This document shows, piece by piece, positions 17,878 through 23,277 of a stretch of DNA of 23,277 nt (positions are counted from its first letter, which is position 1; the number at the start of each line of letters is the position of its first letter). Origin of the DNA: Candidatus Hydrothermarchaeum profundi (GTDB lineage Archaea > Hydrothermarchaeota > Hydrothermarchaeia > Hydrothermarchaeales > Hydrothermarchaeaceae); NCBI GenBank assembly GCA_002011125.2, contig MTMF02000004.1, positions 1 to 23,277 of the forward strand, given 5' to 3'. A program made the position numbers and the translations under genes. The notes below the pieces were generated by a model. That model did not search any database. It had not been told where the DNA came from and saw nothing but the letters and a program-made list of their open reading frames with translations.

Positions 17878-18240
17878 CTAAAGGAAGGATTCCACAAAGC
17901 TTCTGGATAGCCCGGTATACTTCTGTACCACATTTATGAAGATGTTTCTCTGCACAGAGCCGAGCATCACATAGGTGTCGGCAAAGTCTTCTCTGCTTTC
18001 GAGTTCCTTTATGATTAGCCTGATCTGAGCCTGGGAGAGCTTCCCTCCTTTGTAATCGAGGTGGCGTTTAATCTCCGCCAGGACGTTGATAAAGTACCCT
18101 AACCCGTGAGCCTTATCGCTGGAGATGTTCTTAACAGCACCGCAGCTCCTGCAGAAGGGATGAGGCTCCAGGAGACCGTTCAATGTGGGTAGCCACACCC
18201 TATCGTGAGAGGACCTGTGAATGTGAATCTTATCACCCAT
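17878..18240 (-). CDS. Hypothetical protein with His and CxxC putative zinc site (120 aa)
   Basis: HPFCRSCG motif, RBS GGAGGAGG, and a TATA-like TTTATATA near 18294-18301. A diverged paralogue remnant at 20562-20690 supports real coding. Confidence 0.75.
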   Translation of the reverse strand: MGDKIHIHRSSHDRVWLPTLNGLLEPHPFCRSCGAVKNISSDKAHGLGYFINVLAEIKRHLDYKGGKLSQAQIRLIIKELESREDFADTYVMLGSVQRNIFINVVQKYTGLSRSFVESFL

Positions 18241-18436
18241 AGGCCTCCTCCCGCAGTCGTACGAGGGAATCTGTATCTACTTTTATCTCCTGATATATAA
18301 ATGTAACTATATGGACAATGCATGCTTTTTTTCTACATTGAGAAAATCTACAAAAATATTTCTAAATAAGCGCTCAAAATGAAATAATTTTCACAATTTC
18401 AAATCATATTTAATACATTTTCACTTCAGAACAGAT

Positions 18437-18637
18437 TCACAGGTAGCCTAACCCGCGGAGGCGCTCCTTAACCTTTTCTTCATCCTCCTCGCTCAGGGGG
18501 TACTCCTCTTCCTCGTCTCTGAGAAGCTCTTCCAGCACGAAGGTTATATACTCCTCAACGCTCTCAAACTCTCCGCTTTCTTTGACCCTCTTCTCTATCT
18601 CGGCGTAAAGCCTGTCTGGGATGTTCACACTAACCAT
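18437..18637 (-). CDS. Small CopG/ribbon-helix-helix-like protein with acidic ...KERLRGLGYL tail (66 aa)
   Basis: VSVNIPDRLYAEIEKRV...FESVEEYITFVL strand-helix-helix pattern. RBS AGGTGAT before ATG 18637. Confidence 0.8.
   Translation of the reverse strand: MVSVNIPDRLYAEIEKRVKESGEFESVEEYITFVLEELLRDEEEEYPLSEEDEEKVKERLRGLGYL
18441..18524 (-). repeat. 84-bp direct repeat, copy 2 (3' end of the intact RHH gene)
   Basis: 79/84 identical to 49-132. Confidence 0.95.
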
Positions 18638-18656
18638 GGAATCACCTATGCTCTTC

Positions 18657-18673
18657 AAAATAAAAAAGGAAAA
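18657..18673 (-). terminator. Oligo-T tracts after the surface-protein gene
   Basis: TTTTCCTTTTTTATTTT on the minus strand just after the stop, typical of archaeal terminators. Confidence 0.45.
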
Positions 18674-18680
18674 GAGTTGC

Positions 18681-20471
18681 TCACTGCTTTCTTGTGTAGT
18701 AGTATGCTGCCGCTACGATTATTGCTAGAATGACCAGCGCTACTACCACCCACTTAACCCACGGCTTTCCTGGAGGCGCCACCGTAGGTGCAGGTGTAGT
18801 GGGTGCGGGTGTTACCGGCGCTGGCGTGGTCGGAGGTGGTGTTGTTGGAGGCGCCGTAGGCGGAGGTGTGGTTGGCGGTACTGTGGTTGGCGGTGCTGTG
18901 GGTGGCGCAGTAGTTGGAGGTGGAGCAACCTCCTCCTCACCAGCTATGGCAAAGTAGCTGAATCCTGGAGAGCGGGCCTTGTAGTAAACGTAGCTCGAAT
19001 CCTCGCCTACCTTTGAGGTGGAAAGCTTTGTCCAGGTGCCGGAGTACCTGTACAAGGCTACATTCTCCTGGGCTATGCCCTTCTCCTCTAGCCACTCTTT
19101 AGGCACGCGGAAGGTGATGTCGGCGTAGCTTACCTGCTCTTCTTTAATTACTGTCGAAACATCGATGTAAGCTAAAACCTCGCCAGGGGCTGAGGGAAGC
19201 CCCACCGGCTTGGAAATGGTCCTGCCCTCAATGGTTACACCAGTTATCCAGTCCTCAGCGTTTATCGCAATCTGTGTGAAGTATATCTTACCATCTCTGG
19301 TTATATTGTAAACCTTGGTATCGCCGGGCTTTATGAAGTCTATTGTAATCTTAAACTTGTCTGGCGGAATGGTGCTCACGCCTGGGACAATAACACCAAC
19401 AGGCGCTGACGGTGCGGCGATAACAGCACCTCCTATACCGTAAACACTGAAATGAGAGAGGTTTGCCCATACATAGTTGGCTGAGGTGTTAACCCCGGAA
19501 GCATACACAACTGTGCCATCCGCCAGAGTCTGCTGGGGAGGTGCAACCAGGCGAACCCAGCTACCGTTGGTGTATCTGAGAGGTCTCAGGCTGCTCTCGC
19601 TCACCCCTGGGGGTATCTTCGATTCGTTATAGTATATTCTGAAGTGTATGGTTACGTTGTCGTACCAGCTCGGGTCGCTAACATCTAAGGAGAAGTAAAC
19701 ATCTGGTATGGCTCCTGCCACACCGCTCAGGCTCATGGCTCCACTGGGCGGATTTACGCTGATGTTCACGGTTAGATTCACCGCAGGGGTGGAGCCGTTG
19801 GTGTATATAACCCACTCATAGCTGCCAACAAGTGTGGTGACAACGCCCGATGAGGCAGTGGTGTTTGGCGGAAGGGACGGGACTGGTACTGTTATCTGCC
19901 TTGGCAGGATTTCAAAGTTTACCGGCGTAGAGGCGAAGTAGGGTTTGCTGGAGTTTCCTGTGACAACATAGGCTACGGCGGTGTAGTTGCCGTCGAACAT
20001 GTAAGTGGTATTCAGCTTTATGTTGTAGGTCTTATTTAAGGGAAGATTGCCAGAATGACCGTAGCCATAGCCATAGCCGAAGTTGTGGTAGCTGCCGGCG
20101 TTTTCATCATAACCATAGCCAAAACCGTAGCTCAGATTTCCGAAGTTGCCAGTGGTAGTAATCACAAGCTCATTGGAGGAAAGATTGCCGCTGATCACAT
20201 TTCCGTTGAGGTCAATAAGAAAAGTTCTGTTTAGAGGTCCCGTGAGGTTGAGCATAATGTACTGCATAGGTACGTATTGATCAGGGCTTTTTAGCTCAAC
20301 GGTTAAGTTAAACTCGATAATATCATTTGATGGGTTCAAAGGTTGCGCGGTAGTTTGAATGCCCTTAAGAGTTACCTTCACAGCTGCAGCAGGGCCAGAT
20401 AGAATTAGAAGTAAAACGATAAGTGATGTTAACCCAATACTTGTAATAGTTCTATTTTTCAAATATCCCAT
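18681..20471 (-). CDS. Secreted, C-terminally anchored surface glycoprotein with a PGF-pre-PGF domain (S-layer-like)
   Basis: Signal peptide ending GPAAA, GYG repeats, many N-x-S/T sequons, KARSPGFSYFAIAG (PGF-pre-PGF), Pro/Thr linker, TM and RKQ tail. GTG 20480 is an alternative start. Confidence 0.85.
   Translation of the reverse strand: MGYLKNRTITSIGLTSLIVLLLILSGPAAAVKVTLKGIQTTAQPLNPSNDIIEFNLTVELKSPDQYVPMQYIMLNLTGPLNRTFLIDLNGNVISGNLSSNELVITTTGNFGNLSYGFGYGYDENAGSYHNFGYGYGYGHSGNLPLNKTYNIKLNTTYMFDGNYTAVAYVVTGNSSKPYFASTPVNFEILPRQITVPVPSLPPNTTASSGVVTTLVGSYEWVIYTNGSTPAVNLTVNISVNPPSGAMSLSGVAGAIPDVYFSLDVSDPSWYDNVTIHFRIYYNESKIPPGVSESSLRPLRYTNGSWVRLVAPPQQTLADGTVVYASGVNTSANYVWANLSHFSVYGIGGAVIAAPSAPVGVIVPGVSTIPPDKFKITIDFIKPGDTKVYNITRDGKIYFTQIAINAEDWITGVTIEGRTISKPVGLPSAPGEVLAYIDVSTVIKEEQVSYADITFRVPKEWLEEKGIAQENVALYRYSGTWTKLSTSKVGEDSSYVYYKARSPGFSYFAIAGEEEVAPPPTTAPPTAPPTTVPPTTPPPTAPPTTPPPTTPAPVTPAPTTPAPTVAPPGKPWVKWVVVALVILAIIVAAAYYYTRKQ
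18775..18927 (-). repeat. Coding low-complexity repeat: PPTT/PPTA/PAP linker
   Basis: Degenerate 12-15-nt units encoding APPPTTAPPTAPPTTVPPTTPPPT... Confidence 0.85.
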
Positions 20472-20537
20472 AACACCCACATCCCATTTATGGGGTAGCG
20501 ACGTCTCCTGTGTATATGCCTTTTATGTATTCGGTTA

Positions 20538-20551
20538 TATATAAACCTTTC
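20538..20551 (-). promoter_or_regulatory. Strong BRE-TATA (GAAAGG-TTTATATA) of the surface-protein gene
   Basis: Near-perfect archaeal consensus, ~67 nt upstream of ATG 20471. Confidence 0.75.
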
Positions 20552-20561
20552 TTTATGTTTT

Positions 20562-20690
20562 TTAGAATTCTTGAGGGCAGGATTCTATCAAACTTCTGAG
20601 AGGTTTGTGTACTTCCTAACACAGAATATGAATATATTTCCCTGCACATTGCCTTTTGTAAAGTAGGTGTTGGCGAAACCTGCTTCTCCC
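20562..20690 (-). pseudogene. Frameshifted 3' remnant of a paralogue of the 120-aa CxxC gene
   Basis: FANTYFTKGNVQGNIFIFCVRKYTNLS/RSLIES versus FADTYVMLGSVQRNIFINVVQKYTGLSRSFVES: 21/33 identical, allowing a 1-nt deletion near 20598. Confidence 0.85.
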
Positions 20691-20744
20691 ACGCTTATGG
20701 TGCGTAGATATCCCCACGTTATCTGCAAAATTTTTTATGGTAAC

Positions 20745-21046
20745 ATGAAAATAAGAAGGATAAATTGAAGGATGAAGAAATTAACGGGTGGACATTAATA
20801 CCCTATGTATTTTTAGATGAAAATTAGGAGCTTGTGGAGTACAACTTTCAATGCATGCGGATGAAGGAAAGTGGGTTTGTCGAATTTATCAGATTCGACC
20901 TTCACAGGAAGGGAAAGATTGAGGAAGACTCTCCCCACGTGCATATACGTCTTGAAAGTAAAAATCCACGCAGCGACGAAGAAGCAAGAGAAAAAATCGT
21001 CAAAATTATTAAATCTATACCACACCTCGAGAATGTGATAAGATGA
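20745..21046 (+). pseudogene. Disrupted small putative toxin gene (possibly DUF6516/TumE-like)
   Basis: The frame of ORF 20834-21046 extends upstream through TAG 20825-20827 (KLKDEEINGWTLIPYVFLDEN*ELVEYNF), and ATG 20745 is one frameshift away. RFD...PHVH motif. The stop overlaps the next start (ATGA). Confidence 0.5.
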
Positions 21047-21465
21047 AATTTAAAATTCACAAGAATAGGGTAGAGGAAGTGGTTGACTACAGCAAACTTT
21101 CAACCAGCGAACTTAAGATGAAGCTGAGGGAGCTTAAAGCAGAGCACGGGAAGGAGATGTCGCGAAATTACGACGACTCTCTCAGAGATGCCCTGGCTTT
21201 AAATGAGTATAGAATTATCAAGGAAGAGGTGTGGTGAGATTAAATATAGACGAGAGCCTCTCAAAAATATTCACACCAAAGCGTATAGCATTGTTCAACG
21301 CCATTACTGGAAGAGAGACCATTAAAAGTCTTGAAAAGAAGCTCAACAGAAATCCAAAGAGCATAGCCAGAGACATAGCTATTCTGGAAGACTTCGGTAT
21401 AGTCAGAAAGAAAAAAAGAGGTAGAAGTAGAACTCGCTGTAAAGGAGATTGTGATTTCCAGGTGA
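21043..21465 (+). pseudogene. Frameshifted winged-HTH regulator/antitoxin (HVO_A0114-like)
   Basis: The 64-aa and 86-aa ORFs join at GTGTGGTG (~21229-21236). IFTPKRIALF...SIARDIAILEDFGIV is an HTH pattern. A second shift gives VEVELAVKEIVISR* ending at 21465, just before the convergent stop at 21469. Confidence 0.6.
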
Positions 21466-21468
21466 TGC

Positions 21469-22155
21469 CTAAGTTCCAATCTTCTCCATGATTTTAGCGA
21501 GGGTTGCCTTTATTCCGTCTATCTCCTCGTAAATTCTGGCAATATCCTGAGCGAGGTGGTCCTTAACCACCCTCCTGTTTTTCTCCCCCTCCTCCTTCAA
21601 AACCTCTATGGTCTCGTCCTGCTTGACAAGCATCTCGTCCTGCTTCTTAAGCATCGCTGAGGTGTCCGCCTTTACAGACCTTATCGCCTCTATGGTCTCG
21701 TCCTGCTTCGCTAGCATTGCCGAAGTGTCTCGCTTGATGTCGCCCAGCTCTCTCTTCATATCGTTCAGTATCTCAATACCCCTTTCCAGCTTTTCGTCTG
21801 TGGATTGAGAATAGGATGCCATCTTCAGAAGAATCTCCTTCACACCCCTTTCCTCCAAGCCCCCGAGCACATCCTCCCCCTTCCTCTCAAAGTCAGCAAA
21901 GGCACCTCTATATTCATCCCTTCTTTTTGTTATGCGCTCCACCTTAATGTAAGCAGGAGCCTCCCTCTCTATTACATCAATAAGCTTGTTTATGCTTTCC
22001 TCCTCACCTTCAAGTACTGCGACCACCTCCCCCGTTGGCAGGTTCTCAGCATAGCCGGTTACCCCCAAGAGGAGGGCATGCTTTTTGATAAAGCTCCTGA
22101 AACCTCCTCTCTGAACCCTTCCCTCTATAAGCAGGAAGTATCTCACCATAGCCAT
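21469..22155 (-). CDS. Acylphosphatase domain plus C-terminal coiled coil with MLxKQDE repeats
   Basis: GRVQRGGFR and GYAENLPTGEV keep the catalytic Arg and Asn. Heptad-repeat tail. AGGAG RBS before ATG 22155. Confidence 0.85.
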   Translation of the reverse strand: MAMVRYFLLIEGRVQRGGFRSFIKKHALLLGVTGYAENLPTGEVVAVLEGEEESINKLIDVIEREAPAYIKVERITKRRDEYRGAFADFERKGEDVLGGLEERGVKEILLKMASYSQSTDEKLERGIEILNDMKRELGDIKRDTSAMLAKQDETIEAIRSVKADTSAMLKKQDEMLVKQDETIEVLKEEGEKNRRVVKDHLAQDIARIYEEIDGIKATLAKIMEKIGT

Positions 22156-22215
22156 GCAAACTCCTTTCCCTGAGGACATATAAATCATTTTCGACTAATG
22201 CTGAAAAACAGCCTT

Positions 22216-22311
22216 TCAAAACAGCGGCGGAGCGTGCACCGCTAGGATAATAAGCTCCTCTTCGCCGCGAGGGACGAAGATGTAGTCACCCTCGCCTATG
22301 CGGAGCCACTC
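22216..22311 (-). pseudogene. 3' fragment of a cupin gene with an in-frame 27-bp deletion; diverged direct repeat of 23116-23238
   Basis: EWLRIGEGDYIFVPRGEEELIILAVHAPPLF* versus EWVGIGEGDYIFVPPGEEHGIENTGEEELVLLAVHSPPLF*: 25/31 aligned residues identical. Confidence 0.9.
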
Positions 22312-22320
22312 AGGGGGCTT

Positions 22321-22328
22321 TTTATATA
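22321..22328 (+). promoter_or_regulatory. TATA box (TTTATATA) of the UPF0175/PIN operon
   Basis: Consensus TATA ending 33 nt before ATG 22361, so the transcript is near-leaderless. Confidence 0.6.
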
Positions 22329-22360
22329 TTTCTATATGTGTTACGTTTTGAGCATTGTAC

Positions 22361-22618
22361 ATGGAGGTTGTTCTGAGGATTCCGGGGGATGTCGTGGAGA
22401 ATCTTCGCCTGCCACCTGAGAATATAGAAGAAGAATTAAAAAGAGAGCTCGCCCTTGTATTGTATCAGAGGGGTATCCTGTCATCTGCAAAAGCCTGCAA
22501 GCTTGCGGGATTAACAAGGTGGGAATTCGAGGAGCTTCTGGGAAAGAGAAAAATCAGGAGGCATTATACGGAGATGGACTTAGAGGAAGACATTGAGTAT
22601 GCAACCGGTGGTTTGTGA
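22361..22618 (+). CDS. UPF0175-family putative antitoxin
   Basis: ELALVLYQRGILSSAKACKLAGLTRWEFEELLGKRKI...EEDI matches the family pattern. Overlaps the downstream PIN gene. Confidence 0.9.
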   Translation: MEVVLRIPGDVVENLRLPPENIEEELKRELALVLYQRGILSSAKACKLAGLTRWEFEELLGKRKIRRHYTEMDLEEDIEYATGGL

Positions 22619-23096
22619 TTCCTCTGTGCTCATCCATCTGGCAAAAATAGAGAGACTCCATCTCCTCAGAGATTTTTACGGGAGCGTTGCGATAACGCCT
22701 GCAGTGTGGAGGGAAGTGGTTGAGGAGGGGAAAGATAGAGAGGATGCCAGACTAATTAAAGAGGCTTTTGATGCCGGATGGATAGCTGTGGATTCACCGG
22801 CCAACAAACCCCTCGTCAAAATTCTGGAGAGGCACCTTCACCCAGGAGAGGCTGAAACAATCGCCCTGGCTGTGGAGAAGTCAGCCTTGGTTCTCCTGGA
22901 TGAATCAGAAGGCAGGCGAGTTGCCGATATTTATGGACTGAGATAAACTGGGGTGGTAGGTATCTTACTCAAGGCTAAGCTGAAAGGAGTAATACCTTCC
23001 CTTAAAAAAGAGCTGGACGCGCTGAGACATAGAGCCGGGTTCTGGATAAGCGACGACCTATATAGTAAAGCTCTGAAGTTTGCAGGAGAAGAATGA
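22599..23096 (+). pseudogene. PIN-domain/DUF3368 toxin interrupted by a single in-frame TAA (22944-22946)
   Basis: VVCDSSVLI...GEAETIALA...LLDE, then GLR*TGVVGILLKAKLKGVI...GFWISDDLYSKAL to TGA at 23094-23096. Confidence 0.88.
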
Positions 23097-23115
23097 CAAA
23101 ACAGCTCAAACATGC

Positions 23116-23277
23116 TCAAAAAAGCGGCGGGGAGTGCACCGCCAGGAGAACAAGCTCCTCTTCACCGGTGTTTTCAATCCCATGCTCCTCTCCCGGCGGG
23201 ACGAAGATATAGTCACCCTCGCCTATGCCAACCCACTCCCCATTCACATAAGCTTTTCCCATACCCTTTAAAATGTA
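23116..23277 (-). CDS. Cupin-domain protein, C-terminal part (runs off the right edge; absent from the ORF track)
   Basis: YILKGMGKAYVNGEWVGIGEGDYIFVPPGEEHGIENTGEEELVLLAVHSPPLF* contains cupin motif 2, G-x5-P-x-G-x2-H-x3-N. Confidence 0.92.
   Translation of the reverse strand, partial: YILKGMGKAYVNGEWVGIGEGDYIFVPPGEEHGIENTGEEELVLLAVHSPPLF

Larger units (their letters stand above)
49..18524. mobile_element. Putative genomic island (~18.4 kb glycosylation cargo) bounded by a duplicated gene 3' end
   Basis: Layout is intact gene, cargo, displaced 3' fragment, as in att-site integration. No integrase or transposase seen inside, so mobility is inferred. Confidence 0.5.

Noticed and set aside
20056-20133. 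GYG as a potassium-channel filter
   Set aside because: No TxGYG pore context or flanking TM helices; it lies in a secreted domain.
16261-20494. Small CCCA-w-TGGG-like palindromes near 16261, 17739 and 20483 as RHH operators
   Set aside because: Too short and variably spaced to distinguish from chance.
17696-20581. TTGAGGGCAGG shared at 17696-17706 and 20571-20581 as a common operator
   Set aside because: Each copy lies in a different coding remnant (GT2 stub; 120-aa paralogue), so coincidence is sufficient.
20825-20827. In-frame TAG as pyrrolysine
   Set aside because: No pyl evidence in the window, and neighbouring frameshifts indicate ordinary decay.
18775-21708. Short repeats (18775-18927, 21603-21708) as CRISPR arrays
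   Set aside because: Both are in-frame coding repeats with no regular repeat-spacer structure and no cas genes.
1458-22173. Remaining short ORFs in the track that overlap larger genes (e.g. 1458-2009, 2151-2537, 3551-3892, 12214-12543, 13631-14041, 17411-17764, 18730-18957, 21805-22173)
   Set aside because: Antisense or alternate-frame shadows of well-supported genes, with no recognisable motifs.
23080-23271. 63-aa plus-strand ORF (and the 62-aa minus-strand ORF 22931-23119)
   Set aside because: Antisense shadows of the cupin gene and of the DUF3368 C-terminus, which carry clear family motifs.

Overview
Archaeal DNA, inferred from BRE-TATA promoters, GGTGA/GGAGG ribosome-binding sites and a PGF-pre-PGF surface protein. 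Most of the window (224-17659) is a surface-glycan biosynthesis locus. It encodes ManC, a Wzx-type flippase, a DPM1-like GT2, a second GT2, two GT4s, a SAM methyltransferase, an AlkP-superfamily enzyme, two polytopic GT-C-like proteins, a membrane-domain/MinD-ATPase fusion, and a divergent membrane-anchored carbohydrate-binding protein. By motif recall, the core GT4 and the two GT-C proteins resemble mycobacterial Rv0225, Rv0226c and AftD. An AT-rich ~8.2 kb cassette is spliced into the middle, with one breakpoint inside the large GT-C gene. The ~18.4 kb block is bracketed by an 84-bp direct repeat (79/84 identical) that is the 3' end of a small RHH gene; no integrase is visible. To the right lie a Gly-Tyr-repeat PGF-pre-PGF glycoprotein, two toxin-antitoxin modules (both with disrupted toxin genes), an acylphosphatase-coiled-coil gene, and a partial cupin gene missed by the ORF track. 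Several spacers are gene scars: a GT2 N-terminal stub, a frameshifted 3' remnant of a paralogue of the 120-aa gene, and a deleted 3' copy of the cupin gene. Together these suggest a hotspot of serial cassette gain and replacement. All family assignments come from motif recognition; no database search was run.
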